DNA from: the human T2T-CHM13v2.0 reference genome, Homo sapiens
Strand: one strand, 5' to 3'
Assembly (NCBI RefSeq): GCF_009914755.1
Contig: NC_060931.1
Length of the DNA: 64,000 nt
Positions 17,089 through 34,438 of this stretch are shown piece by piece (within the stretch, counting starts at the first letter, position 1; every line of letters begins with the position of its first letter). The position numbers and the translations under genes were made by a program. A model generated the notes under the pieces. It was not told the DNA's origin. It was given only the letters and a program-made list of their open reading frames with translations, and searched no databases.

Positions 17089-18263
17089 TAGTTATTTTTA
17101 ATACTTATTTAAGCTTCATGTTTCAACTGGGGGTGCTTCATGATATATTAATATTTAATGAGCCACCTTAATTATTTCTAAAAAAGTAAAAAAGGGAAAT
17201 ACTATCTCCCACATGGTATTATTCATGATGTATATCTTTTTTTTAAATGTTTTGTAGAATCGGACCAAAATCAGACCAATCCTCTCAGTTTATCACAAAG
17301 ATACCAAAACCCAGAGAGAATGAGGCTTTGCCTTAGCCTCGGCCCTGGGAGATAGAAGAGGAGCCTGGGGCCTGGGTTCCCCCTGCCGTGGCTGCCCAGT
17401 CCTTCCGCTGACACCATTTCGAGGTCCCCTTGTGGAACTTCTGTGGGAGGCCAGGTGCACAAAGTCCGGTTTGTTGAGCTACAGATGCCCGCCAGCAGTT
17501 GCTGTTATTATAGACTGGTTGTTCTGATTTGTCAAGAAACCCAGAACAACTGTTTTTCTTCTTTGCAGTGGATGTGTGTGCACATGACCTTTTGAGAACA
17601 TATTTCCTGATGTGGTGGAGGCACTGATGTTCGTGCAGACTAGCTAAGTTAAATCTTCATTTCTTTCAGCTGAAATTGCCTGGCTGCTCCTTTAAGAAGT
17701 GCACTGTGTGGAGTTATCATGTTTCTCATGCTGTTAAATGTTTACTGGCAATCCTGTCTACTTTAGCGTATTGTTGTCAAATGACAAGGGAGTCCCCTGT
17801 CAGAGAGCAATGACACAGCCTGTACTTTTGGGGGCAGCCAGCGTCCGAGCGTTTCCACATTCATTCTTACGCAGTTGGTAGGCTCAGGATGTTTGTGAAC
17901 GCCGAAGGGTGTGCGTGCACCCTGGAGTGTGGAGATACTAGCATGCTATTTAATGATGGCCACCACGGGACGTGCGCACTCATTCATTAAGCTAACGTTT
18001 TATGGTTTGTTGAGTGAAAGCAGGCACAATGGTAGGTAGTGGGTACTGGAGCAAATGACTGCACCGGCCCTCATGGGACTTCCATTTCAGTGGATTCAGG
18101 GGAAAGCAGCACGTGTTTTTGAGAGACCTTGGCAACGCAGGCGACCTTGACGTCGACCAAAAGAAGAGAGATTTGGAATGCTTGTTTTACAGCCTCCGGT
18201 CAAAAAAAATCATATGGGACCCTTTATTGCAGACTGGAACATTTATTTCAAGGTCTCAAATTA

Positions 18264-18873
<610 letters not shown>

Positions 18874-19153
18874 TTAAACTAGAGTAGATAAATGAGCAGG
18901 CATAGTTGTTTGCTGATCATTCACCGTTGAGACAATGAACAGCTCGTTAAATAAATTGTTGGTAACAATGAAATCAGGAGAATTTCAATCCTGAGTCAGT
19001 GTACACAATACAAGGCACAAAACGTTGAGTTAAAGGTGGTTCTACTTTGCCCTCTAAGCATTTTATTGACTTCAAAACCTACAAAGGCGGCGCCATGGCA
19101 TATAGGAATATAGGAATAAGGCATATAGGAATAAGAAGTTTCAAAAAGTTTCA

Positions 19154-19506
<353 letters not shown>

Positions 19507-20047
19507 TCAGAGAAGGGAAGGAATGGCTGGAGTAAGTGTTGATCAGCGGACACACTCAAGGGTTTCGTAATGTGCTCGCCCTGCCCCAGGCATCAAGGGA
19601 GGTGCTCACTCTGTGCACTCTGAATCCCACCAGGGGCCCACCTGCCACCCTGTTCTCACCTGTGACCACTCACGGCAGCCACAAGAGGCACAGGTGTTAG
19701 GTCTGCCCCAGCCACAACACCTCAGCACGTGGTGTGTGGCTTCAACCAGGTCACCGTGGGCACACTGGGAGGGGAGGGCTTCTGTGCGGCCACGCTTAAT
19801 AAACAGTCTGCCTGGGAAACTGAGCATCCAAAGTGCCCTCTGAAGGAGCGGGATGCTGCTGCCCGTGGTGGCTCCGTCACACGCATTCTGGAAGGTACCT
19901 CCCGGTAAGCAACCTGATGTTTCATCTGTCACTGTTGATGCATCTCCATGTTAGAGAATTAAGCATATGGAAGCAAAACACCTCAGGAATACAGAACGCA
20001 TTCATGATCACCACGGAAAATCAAATCAACTCAAAGTCCAAATGCAA

Positions 20048-20360
20048 CTTTTTTTTTTTTTCTGAGACAGGGTCTTGCTGTGTCGCCCAGGCTGGAGTGC
20101 AGTGGCACGATCTCAGCTCTTAGTAGAGATGGGGTTTCACCATGTTGGCCAGGCTGGTCTTGAACTCCTGACTTCAAGTGATCTGCCCGCCTTGGCCTCC
20201 TAAAGTGCTGGGATTACAAGTATGAGCCACTGTGCCTGGCCTCTCTTTTTTAAAAAAAATAGAGATGAGGTCTCGCTATGTTACCCAGGCTGGTCTCAAA
20301 CTCCCGGCCTCAAGCGATCCTCTTGCCTTCACCTCCCAAAGTGCTTTGATTACAGGCGAG
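20048..20360 (-). mobile_element. Internally deleted Alu (20048-20241) plus Alu left monomer (20245-20360)
   Basis: gatctcagctc joins directly to ttagtagagat (about 100 bp missing); second monomer follows. Confidence 0.88.
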
Positions 20361-21529
20361 CTTTTCTCTTTTTAAGCCAACTTGTGAGTAGAATCATTCA
20401 CTTGTGCCTTTAGCTGTTGTCTCTGTGTTGAGGAATCCAGAGTCCAGTCCTTCTAGACTTATCTGGGGACCCGAGTTTCCTTCTGTAGAGTTAAAACCTG
20501 TTGCATCCATCCCCAGTCCCTTTACGGCACCTGTGTAGGCCTGTAGTGGAGCTGGCTTTTGTCCTTTGCTGTCCCTGGCTGAGCCTTGGCCTCATCTTGG
20601 GCCAGCGCCTCCTCCCCTGGGCTGCTGTGATGTGTTGGCATTTCCTGGGTAGAGTCTTGTACTTGCTGTTTTCTCCTGTCTCAGTCTTTTCCCCCAGGGA
20701 CCTGGCATGTCTGTGTGTTGGGGACCCTTTGCTCATCTTACACACTGAGGACAGGCACCTTAGCGCTTGGTGCCCTGGGATGGAACAGCCACTGGACAGC
20801 CAGCCCTGTGCCCTGTGTCCACTGCAAACCTGATCCTGTTTTTTGGAGCCCTTCACTTGGCAATGAGACCTTCATGGGTGGGGTTACTGAAGCAGGAGTT
20901 GGTTTAAGTTAAATACCATCAGCCGCAAAGCTCAGAATGGATGATGAAGTGCTTTAGGGGTTGACAGGGCAGAGCTGGCTGTAGGGAGTGATGGAGAGAG
21001 GCTCCCAGGAGGGGAACCCTCTGACGTGGGAGTTAAAGGACTGGGGCCATTTGTCGTGGGGGGATGGGAGCAGTGGCTTGGGAAGGGACAGAACGGGAGC
21101 AAGAGGGCCTTGCGCACTGATGCTTTTGAGGACTGAATCTGAACGGGAGAGTGGGGAGAGGGCTGGAAACCTGGGCGAGAACAGGAGAGGAGAGGCCCCT
21201 GGATGCCAGCAGAGCTGTAGGCATGATCTGGGCCATGCCCTGGGAGACGCTTCCGCAGGAGATGGTGCGGCTGGGGTGGAGACTTCCTGGCTTCCGAGGG
21301 CGGGCGAGGGGGCAAAGGGCCTGGGGCATGGACTTGGGCAGGTAGCAAAGGCCAGAAGGAGTGGGAGTCATTCCACCTGGGATGTGGGAATGGCTGGTGG
21401 GGGCAGGTAGGGGGAGACCAGGATGAGCCCCATGTGCGCGTGACCTGTGGCAGAGGGGCTGTGTCAGAGCCCCGGCTGGCGAGAGGAGCATCACTGTGTC
21501 CAGAGGACGCGGTGCCTTTCAGACCCCTT

Positions 21530-21630
21530 GAGTAAGAGACAGAGTGGGTCTGTCCTGTCTAGGCTGAGTTTTCATTGCCCAGCACAGTGCCTGGCACACA
21601 GTAGGTGCTTAATAAACACGTGGACTGAAC
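21530..21630 (+). mobile_element. L2 3' end
   Basis: cccagcacagtgcctggcacacagtaggtgcttaataaa. Confidence 0.8.
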
Positions 21631-22375
21631 ACAAGAGGTTGAGGGGAAAGGTCGGAATTGGCCACAGGTCTCCTAATGCCTGGCATGTGCGTCAACGCAT
21701 CTCTGAGGATGGAATTTAAAGGCAAGAGCTGGAGGCCCAGGGCTGAGGCTGTGGGGTGAGCACAGCATTTGCGGGGCGCGGGAAGGGAGTGGCTGGTGGG
21801 GCGGGGGAGGGAAACCAGCACGTTAGAAGGTCAGCCAAGGTCAGGCGGCCAGCAGGGCGGGAGGAGGCGTTGGTGTGCACACGCGGGGAGCCTCCGTGTC
21901 CTCAGGACACCATGGAAGACGGCAGGACACACGTGCGAGCCACAGCAGGTGGGCGGGAGCTCACAGGCTGCAGAGGAAGCGCAGGGGAGGCGCAGGGGAG
22001 GCCAGGCTCTGGCATTTCCCAGGAATGTAAACCCCGGTTTCAGCTTTCCCCGTGGCTCCCCTCCGCCAAATCTTAAATCCTCTTGTTAAGACGCGCTCCG
22101 CCCCTGTGTCCTTATTTCCCACCGTGGTGGGCAGCTTGTCTGCCATCCCCTTCCAGGTGCCCCGCAGAACCACCACCCTTGGGAAGGCGGCTCCTCGTGC
22201 CCCCCCTCTTGTGCCTTCCCTCCCCAGTGCCTTTTCTGACCCCCTCCTGAGACCGCCTCCCTGTGGGCCATTTGAGCACCTGTAGCTTTCCATCCGGTGT
22301 CTTCACCCCTTTGCTCTTTGTAGCTGTCTCACCCCGCTGCAGCTTGTGAGGCCATGCAGGCCCTGATGTTTAGTG

Positions 22376-22406
<31 letters not shown>

Positions 22407-22690
22407 CAGCATCTCCCTTTGTCACCCAGACCGTTGTACAGTGGCACCATCCTAGCTCACTGCAGCCTCAACCTTCTGGGCATAAGCAATCCTCCCACCT
22501 CAGACTCCTGAGTATCTAGGACTACAGGCTCTTGCACCCACCACACCGGGCTAATTTTTGTATTTTGTTGTTGTTGTTGTTTTGTGGAGACAGTGTTTCA
22601 CCATGTTGCTCAGTCTGGTTTCGAACTCCTGGCCTCAAGCAATTCACCCGCCTTGGCCTCTTAAGTACCGGGATTACAGGCATGAGACAT
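22376..22690 (-). mobile_element. AluJ
   Basis: Antisense dimer; cctgatgtttagt / cctaatgtttagt flanks. Confidence 0.9.
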
Positions 22691-23967
22691 TCCCTAATGT
22701 TTAGTTTTAAAGAGGGGGTGGTGCTATTTATCTCCAGGCTCAAAGCAGGGCATTCTTTCCTTAGGATCTGCGATACTCCAGTCAAGGCTGTTTCTTTTCT
22801 GCCTTTTGTAAAACTCTTGTCTAGAAATTAATGGATGAGGGAAGCTAGGGACTCTTCTCAGATTATTTCTTGTGAAAACCTCAAGAGTCTGAATTTACAG
22901 GGAAATCTTACAATTAGCTCGATGTGGATTACAGAGCGGCAAACAACCTTAAGTGGTAGAGCTGGTTCTGCAAGATTTTTCCAACCCTTTGTGGTCTAGT
23001 TTTCATTTTTCCCCTTTTAAAGTTGTTTTCAGCTAAAGCTGTGAGGACAGTATAGAGTTTTGCCTTGTAAAATTGGTAGTGAGTAATTTTAGAATAGATG
23101 CTTATGAAGTCTGTAAATAAATAGTAAGGCGCCTCGCCTAGTTCCACGCACATGTCAGTTTCGTAACTATCTCCCCAAGCTGAGCTCACCTGCCAGTGCC
23201 TTGGATGGACCTAGCCACCAGGGGCTGCAGATGAGTAGGAGAGCGGGTGTTGCCCAGAGCAGGGCGGACACCCCTGTTCCCTGTCATGTTTTCTTCTCAA
23301 AACCTGCTGCAGGCCATTGGAGAGCATTCCTGTTGCTCTCTGCACCCCTCTTTCTGAAGCATTTTACTGTGTGATCCTAGCATCCGTGGTTCAGGAGATC
23401 CTGCTACATTTTCCTGACTGCCTTGCTCTGCCCGGGAATACCTGGCTTATCAGCAGAATACAGGCCTCTGCTTAACTGAATTTGGTCCTGTAGTGAGGAC
23501 TAAGAAGTGATGTACTCAGTTACATGATAATTCTAAAAAATAAAAAAAAAGCCTTTTTTTTTTTTTGTTAACACCCATCATAGTGGCAGAATCTTAAGTC
23601 TGCATGTAGAGGGGGTTGGCAGGGCAGTAGAAGCAGGGGGCCCTGTGTCCTGTTGGTAGAAGAGTGAGCAGAATGGCCACTGGAGAGCCACTTGGTGGAG
23701 GTGCCTGCAGCACAGCGAGCAGCCTCCTTCCCAGATGAAGCATGCATCTTAGAGGCGACCTTGGGCACGTGCACAGTGAGACAGGTACAGGAGTGTCTGT
23801 TGTCATATATTCCATGGGAGTGCAAGAGCCGGAAGGATGCAGATGTGCATGGGTGGTGCTGGCCCCCATCAGGTGGCATCTAGTAGAAGTAAGTAAGGGT
23901 GGTGGTGGCATGTGTGGTCACCTTGCCAGCGTCGCCTCGCACAGGAAAGGGCTGTTGAAAATTTGTG

Positions 23968-24326
<359 letters not shown>

Positions 24327-24333
24327 TTATTAA

Positions 24334-24732
<399 letters not shown>

Positions 24733-24955
24733 TGAGACTAAAGAAGATAGAGTGGGGGCTTCTATGATTTTTTTTTTTTTTTTAAATAGATATGACAAAA
24801 TGATAAAATTTGGTAAAGCTATGTGTTAGGTACATAGGAATTTATACTTTTCTGTATGCGTGAAATATTACGAAAAAATAAAGCCACATACACTATCTGT
24901 TTTTGTGTGTGTATGTGTCAATAGGATTTAGGCCTTTTTTGCACTTCTAGGTTAA

Positions 24956-25402
<447 letters not shown>

Positions 25403-25409
25403 TCAGCTT

Positions 25410-25580
25410 CTTTTTTTTTTTTTTTTTTTTAATTTTTATTTTAAGTTCCATAGTACATGTGCAGGATGTACAGGTTTGTTACATAGGTAAACGTGTGTAC
25501 CATGGTGGTTTGCTGCACCTAGGTATTAAGCCCAGCATGCATTAGCTATTTTTCCTAATGCTATCCCTCCCCCCACCCCA
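25410..25580 (-). mobile_element. L1PA extreme 3' end (short, 5'-truncated)
   Basis: Poly-T then tacatgtgcaggatgtacaggtttgttacataggtaaac...ggtttgctgcacc. Confidence 0.9.
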
Positions 25581-25583
25581 TAT

Positions 25584-25719
25584 GTTTTATTTTATTTTTT
25601 ATAGAGACAGGGCCTCACTATGTTGCCCAGGCTGATCTCAAATTCCTGGCCTAAAGCGATCCTCCCACCTCAGCCTCCCAAAATGTTGGGATTACCAAGT
25701 GTGAGCCACCATGCCTGGT
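25584..25719 (-). mobile_element. FLAM-like Alu monomer
   Basis: Single antisense left arm. Confidence 0.85.
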
Positions 25720-25807
25720 ATTATGTTGGCTTTAATTATATTTGTGGAAGAACTTCTATGTTCTCTTTCCTTATTTTAAATATTGGGAGATAGATGAAAC
25801 ATTTTAG

Positions 25808-26116
<309 letters not shown>

Positions 26117-26544
26117 AGGTTCTCCTTTTGATAGAATAATATAGGTACTTGCCTCTGTTTCTATTCAGTATCAGTGAATTATCTACAGGAAAATGAACAC
26201 AGGAAGACTGCTGAAGTAAAGAGGCCCACAGTGCCTGCATTCCCTTGCCTCATGTAGTCTTAGACTATTCAGGATGCTTTGAAAAGAGTAAACTGTAAAT
26301 CATATTTCATATTCTTTGGGCCAGGAGTCTGGAATGGTTTCATATTGCCTGTGAAACAAGAGATGCTTCTCAGAATGAGATTTCTGGCTTAATTGAATTC
26401 GGATTATTGCAGGCAGGATGGGAGTGAAATGGTACATTCCTTTCATGCCAGTTGTGGAGAGGATCTCCGTGCAGGCCGTTGATAGAATAATATCCTGTGC
26501 TTCCTTGGTGTCTCTCTCTGAGGAAATAAGGGCTTAATATGTCC

Positions 26545-26920
26545 TATTCAATTAATCCTCACCGCATCCTTAAAGGTGACTGGAAGGCAGATAGTATTAA
26601 CTCCATTTTACTTAAAAAGCAGCGGAAACATGGTGATTTGGAACTCCCTGGGAGCCCTCGAACTTTTCTCTAAACTCCACCGGTAGCTGAGGAGCAGGAC
26701 ACACGCACAGAGGAAGGACATATTTATGGCGCATCGCCTTGGTGCCAGGCACCGTTGGGAACTTTTTAGGATCGTGATGTCTTTGAATTCTCAGGACGTT
26801 TCTGCGAGGTGGTGGGCGGTATCATCCTGGTTTTTCAGGGAGAAGTCAAGTCACTGGCCCAGGTCCTCAAGCTGGCCAGTGTGGCCCGGTCTGACCCCGA
26901 GGTTCTGCCCAGGTTTCTGT
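26545..26920 (-). mobile_element. MIR fragments
   Basis: attaatcctcac...agtattaactccattttac and ttgaattctcaggac...ggtatcatcctggttttt. Confidence 0.5.
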
Positions 26921-28295
26921 CCCTCCAGCCTGGCATCGTGAACTCAGGGGAAACAGATGGGGAATCTGTTGTTGTAACAAAGATTCTAAGGATTTGAAGC
27001 AAAATCAACACACTCAGTTGTAGAGGGTACCACGTGGTTGATACCATTGAAGACAATTGCACCTAAATGAAATAATTTGATGGCGTGGAGTCCAGTTTCA
27101 GAGCGTTTGCATCACACCTTCTGACACCAGGCTGGGGGGCCGCCTGTCCCAGAGCATCGAGGACAGACACCGCTGCTGTTAGACCTCATTCCACCCCTTT
27201 AGTGGGGACCCACCGCGCGCTGGCCGCAAGCCTATTTTAATTTGTAACAATTCTGCTTGATGACAGGAAGACGTCAAAAAGGAGAAATCAGGCTAACTGG
27301 GGCTCCTTGTCCACTTGGGGGGCATGTCTCAGTGTCTTGCCTGGGGCCTTGTACACACCCTCTCTTACCGGGAGTAAAGTGAGGTTTAGAAAGATTACCT
27401 TTGTCCTGGGTCATTCTTCCTTAAATCACAGCTAGGATGCAAACCCAGACCTCTCTGATGTCAGTTTGCAAGCTCTTTCAGGTACCGTCAGCCACATGCC
27501 AGGCCTTCAGTGGGGTGATGTTTTTTGTTGTTTTTAGAAAATACTGCTATTCACTCATGGGAAATAGGGACGAGGGCTTAGATTTCAGCTGCTTTGCATT
27601 AGACAATGATTTCTCTTATTATAAGCAGAGCTCTCTATTAACCAAAAACACTTGGCTGTTAGACATGGTGTTTAATTGCTGTTAGAATGTATTTTTGTCA
27701 CACTGCCCTATAATAAGCCAAAGAACTGTTTGTGCCAAACAGTGAAGGGAAGCTAGGGGAGGATGAAAACTGTGCCTGCTACTCCACCTCCCTTCTTTCG
27801 AGGTCGTGGTGTTTTGTTTGCTGTTTTAGCTGTGGTGTGTGTGTACCACTCGTACCTTTCACAGGAGGACACCTCATCTGAATACCAGTCAGGACCTGAG
27901 ACGCGTTGAGCCCCTCCCCACAGTGCCCACGGGTAGGTGCGCCGCTCTCTGCCCCTTCCGGGAGCTCTGCTTTTTCTACCTTTAGAGATTTCTTTCATCC
28001 TCTATTACGTAGGCCTGACTTTTTGCCTAATAAAGGAAAAACAACCATCTATTTAGCACTCTTTTTTTTTTTCCCAAAATGGAAATGACTTTCTCTCTGA
28101 TTTTTACAAAGCAAAAAATGAGAGTAAAGATTAAGAAACTACAAGAAATTATGGTGAAGGGAGTAAAGATGGCCATGAATCCTATGACTGCCGATGGTTT
28201 GGTCCCAGGATGCATTATTCAGATATTTTCTCCCTGTGGGCTTATGTAAACAGAAAGCTAGGTGAGTGGAAGTAACACGTCAAATACTGATTTGT

Positions 28296-28608
<313 letters not shown>

Positions 28609-28646
28609 CTAGCCTAGAGTTTACCGTGCTATTGAAAATATCTTTC

Positions 28647-28948
<302 letters not shown>

Positions 28949-29061
28949 GAAAATATCTTTCAATGATAGTTAATATATATATACACACACACACTGTATT
29001 TGAAGTGACATGTTACATGGTTTTCCACTATATGATTTCTCATATTTCATCAAATTGATCC

Positions 29062-29145
29062 TCTTGAACTCCTGACCTCAAGTGATCTGCCTGCCTCGGC
29101 CTCCCAAAGTGCTGAGATTCCAGGCGTGAGCCACCGCACCCGGCC
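29062..29145 (-). mobile_element. Alu 5' fragment
   Basis: Only the first ~85 nt of an Alu left arm. Confidence 0.88.
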
Positions 29146-29636
29146 TCTGATCTTTTTTTCATCTTTTTCCTAGTTTCTGACCTCACTACCACTCTGCACC
29201 ACGTTGGGATGGGTATCCTTGTACATCCGTGCAGCTTTTCTATGATTTTTAATGTCTGATTATTTTCTTAGGTTAAATTTCTAAAAGTAGAAGTGAACAG
29301 CGTGTGCACATTTTTATGACTTTGGGTACATTTCATTACATTACTTTCCAGAAAAGTTGGAACAATTCATAGCAGTAACTGCACTGAATTTCTTGTATTA
29401 CTTACCTATTTTTAAGCAAGTAATATAATCTCTTGGTTCCAAAAACAAAGCATAAAGAAAAGTCTCCTATCTGCCTACCTCCCCACCCACTGTTGTTGAT
29501 TTTTTGGTGTGTATCCTTCCAGAGTTTCATTATATACACAGAAACAAATACCAGTGTCACCCTCCTTTGTATGCACATAGTCTAGCATGCCATGCACACT
29601 CTTGTGCAAGTGGCTTTTTATTTTTTAAAATTAACA

Positions 29637-29972
<336 letters not shown>

Positions 29973-29986
29973 TTAAAATCCCTCCA

Positions 29987-29988
<2 letters not shown>

Positions 29989-30036
<48 letters not shown>
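29989..30036. repeat. (TG)24 microsatellite
   Basis: Perfect dinucleotide run. Confidence 0.98.
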
Positions 30037-30039
<3 letters not shown>

Positions 30040-30783
30040 ATTAAAGCGACACCATTGTTCAATGATATGAATAGGTATATTTTATATACTTGGTTCCATT
30101 TTGATAGATATTTGGGTTGCTTCCTTGAAGAATGTTGTGCGTACACCGTTTGACACAGGTGCAAGCTTATCTGCAGGGGGAAGCCGATTTGCAGGACTCA
30201 TTCCTATAGGGAGAGGGGCCAGGCCCAGGGACTTAAGTGTTTGTGAATTTGTAGGAACTGCCAGATTACCCACACTTAGCAGTTTACACCCCTTCCCTCC
30301 AGCACTGGCTGCAGAGAGCCCTGTCCTCCAGGGCCCTAATGCTAATTCTTTCATGATTGCACTAATTATATGCACAAAAGGAATGCAACAGAACAAAACA
30401 AACCACCTGGTTTTGTAGGTGTGGAAGTGCACATTGCAGTAAGGAGTCAATGAAATCGGTTACTGTGGGACAGGACCCTCCCCTCCCCTTGGTTATTTTA
30501 CTAACTTGGAATAACGCCACTTCCTTGTAGGAAACAGGCAGTGACTGTCAGTGAGTGTGCCTAGGAGAGGGGTGGGTCCTTTTAGAGACCAACCTCGCAG
30601 TTAGCCAGCAACAGGCTGCAGCTTAGCTAGATGAAAAGTTAGTTTGAGAAACTGAAGTCATTGCCGCTAAGGCTGGCAAGGTGTGGCTGGGGCCAAGTTG
30701 GGGGAATGTCGTAGTAGCCGGCCCTGTGCGCCTGAGCCCACAATTACTGCGTCGCTGCTGGGGTCTGGCAAAGCTCACCTTGA

Positions 30784-31335
<552 letters not shown>

Positions 31336-32959
31336 TAAGTAGCTGAAACTGTTGCATTTCAAAGCCTTTTCAAGCATATCTTGAGGACACTGTTCCCTGC
31401 AGCTGAACTGAAGTCTTGATCTGAGCCCAGGAGGAGTCCCTGGGGTTGTCTTGTTGGGGGTGGGGAAGTGGGAATGCTTGCATTCAGCTTTGGGGGACCT
31501 TAACCCTTTGCCCCCTCCCCTGTCCCCCCTTCACATAGCTTTAACATGAAAGTCTTTCTGTCTGTCAGATCTCCCCTGTACAAAGAGTGGTCTACTCTAA
31601 AAATTGCTTTGAAATTGGAATGGACCCCTCCCTCTCTTCTATTTTAGTTCTAGTTTCTAGCTCTTTAAAATAATGCAACTTTTCGCTTTATTGTTCTAAA
31701 TCAATGCATTCTAGCCGTTGGCTGTCCCAGTTGCTTCCCTGTGGCTGGGAGCCCCTCTCTGTGGTTGAGGCTGGTCTTACCATTGCTCCAGTTGTCTTCG
31801 GCCTTCTGGGGCTTACTTCCCCTGCCCTGGAGGCCTGAGGCCAGCCAGCCAGTGTGGTGTGACCCCCCTGACAGTGGGCTCTCCCGGCTGGCCCAGTTGA
31901 GGGTGGTCAGTTCCTTTTGTGGCCTTGCCTTCTTGGGAGATAAAAGTGGCCCCCTGGGTGCCGTGCGGCCCGCCCGCAGGGTCCTTGGTGGAGCTCCAGC
32001 ATTGATTCCTGCAGGTTCAGCTCCTGCCCCAAGGCAGCGTCCAGCTGGCTGAGTGGGGTTCTCCCAGGGTCTCTAAGCACAGGACAGCCTGCTTCTGCAT
32101 GGGGGCGCACAGGGGACCGCAGAGTCACACTCAGACCCTTCTACCACCTCCTGACTTGTGGACTTTGGTGGTGGGTGGCGACAAACTGGAGTCCACTGGG
32201 TCTGTGGCAGAGAAAGGTGGCTTTGCTGGGGGCTGGGGGAGAGGAGGCGTTTTTGGATCGCAGCATATACCTTGTCTAGAATTGTATAAAAACCTACAGG
32301 AAAAGGCTGATTTTTTTTTAAAAAGGCTGTTTTTTTAAAAACAACTAAAGGCACAAAAACTCCAAGTGTGAGAATATCCAGAATGCGTTTATATAATGTG
32401 CACCGTTGAAAGGAACATTGAAAAAACAAAAAACTCCGAGGAACAGGTCATTGGGTTTGGAGAAGTTTCCTTCAGAAAGTTCTCTTCCTGCTCGTTCACT
32501 GTGGATTAAAGCTCGTTGGCAATTTCGGAAGTTCACGTTCTTGAGACTCGGTGCCTTTGGAACAATGGCTCACAATGAGGACGGTGTGCGTTCCCGGCAA
32601 GAATGAGTGTTGGGGGCTTTTCTCCTTATCACCCGTTCCCCAGACCCCTCTCATCGGCCTCATAAAGAAACAGATGGTTCATCAGGAATAGCTCAGAAAT
32701 CACGTTGGCTCCTGGCTGTATAAAGAGTGGGAACTGGGATCATAAACATTTGAAATCTCCTAGGAAAGGACAATGATTCCCTCAATGAAATATTGATGTA
32801 AAGGGAGCATTTTAAAAGGCAGAAATGATGAACCTGATTCAGGTTGAAGCTGGTAGTGTACTTTAACCTTTTTGAGAATTGTTAATTTAAAAGCAAATAG
32901 AATGAAATATAGACTATAAAAGCAGATTAAATCATTTTTATGCATCCTGGGTTTTTTGG

Positions 32960-33026
32960 TGTCACGTGACAGGAAGAGTTACTACAAAGAAGACCAGGTT
33001 TTGGAAAGACGGTGGGGTTCACGTGA
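32960..33026. promoter_or_regulatory. Paired CLEAR/E-box motifs (TGTCACGTGACA and TCACGTGA), candidate enhancer
   Basis: Motif matches at 32960-32971 and 33019-33026 in repeat-free DNA; function untested. Confidence 0.35.
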
Positions 33027-34129
33027 TGAAACACAGGCCATGACCCCTTTAGGAATTGGATGGAAGCCAGCCAGGCCAGGCCCCCCACCCCCAGGTCCTG
33101 GGTTGGGGCTCTGTGGGCCCAAGGAGTCCTCCAGAACCAAATTCTCCACTAAGAGCAATTTTTAAAAGAGCAGCTGCTCATCCCATGTCCAATTAGAGTG
33201 AGCAGATGTGTAAGAAACATGTCTTTGATTGATTTTGGGGGAGCCCCCCGCAGTTTGATGTTTTGCTTGGAGGTAGGGGAAACGGGGGCTGAGTTACAAG
33301 TATTACCTGTAGGAATAAACAATTCTTTTGAAACATCAGTAGGGAAGAAAGAAAAAAAAAGGCAGCTTAAGATTTATCTAAAAAGGAAGTGGAAAGTTAA
33401 AGTTGCTGGAGATCTCATTACTGTCTGTCTCGCTCACCGTAATTAAAAAATGCCTGAATGATCTTAATAACACATGATTCAGCTGACAAGCACTAATTGC
33501 CCTGTATCAGGCCAAGAGAAGATGAATGTTGTCAAGAAAACCACAAGTCAGACAAGCTGATTCTCTGTGAGTCTGACACCGTGTTCCCATGTACAGACCA
33601 GTTTTTACTGGAGTTCTTCCAGCATCAAAAGCAGCTTCTTACCTTCCCATTAATTTTCATCGCTGGCAGGCCCGAGTTGTTTGCGATACACTGACTACCT
33701 CCCTTGATTCCTCCTCGCTGGCTCAGGAGCTTGGGTCTGCAGACAAAATGTAAATATGTTTCTTGCTCTTATCTTTGTCCTTTTTCAGGGAAGAAATCTG
33801 TTCCCGTCCAATATGAATGCCCTGGTGGGCTTGTCAGTAAATTACATGGTATTTGGGAATTGATTTTCTGACGCCACCGATTTGTCAAGAACTTATCCTG
33901 CCTTTTCAGCGATTTGACAGCACCTGTTAGGCTGTAGGGCCATGTGATTGGGCAGTTCTCCTGCCGAGAAAAAGGGGACTGATGACTTTCTGTCACTTGG
34001 GCATCCAGAAACCTCCTTGAAGGTGGAGGTTATTGAGGGAGGAGGCAGGAGTGGAAAAATGCTATTGGTTTATTCCTGTGCTTTTATAGAACAGCCGAAC
34101 CATTCTATGGCAATAAAACAGAATCACAG

Positions 34130-34438
34130 GGCAAGGTGCAGTGGCTCACACCTGTCATCCCAGTATTTTGGGAGGCTGAGGCAGGAGGATCGCTTGAGCC
34201 CAGGAGTTTGAGACCAACCTTGGCAACATAGTGAGACCTTGTCTCTACCCAAAAATAAAAAAAAAAAATCAGCTGGGCTTGGTGGTGCACGCCTGTAGTC
34301 CCATCTCCTCGGGAGGCTGAGGTGGGAGGATCGCTTGAGGCTGGGAGGTGGGAGCTTGCAGTGAGCCATGATCACACCACTGCACTCCAGCCTGGGCAAC
34401 AGAGTGAGATCCTATCTCAAAAACAAACAAACAAAAAA
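34130..34438 (+). mobile_element. AluJ
   Basis: J-type dimer with (CAAA)n tail. Confidence 0.93.

Noticed and set aside
19097-19134. Short duplication ggcatataggaata(a) after a Kozak-like gccATGG
   Set aside because: Ordinary slippage micro-duplication; the associated frame runs straight into an Alu.
23213-23230. CTCF-like gccaccaggggctgc
   Set aside because: Lacks a base in the GGGGGC core, so the key GGC position is out of register.
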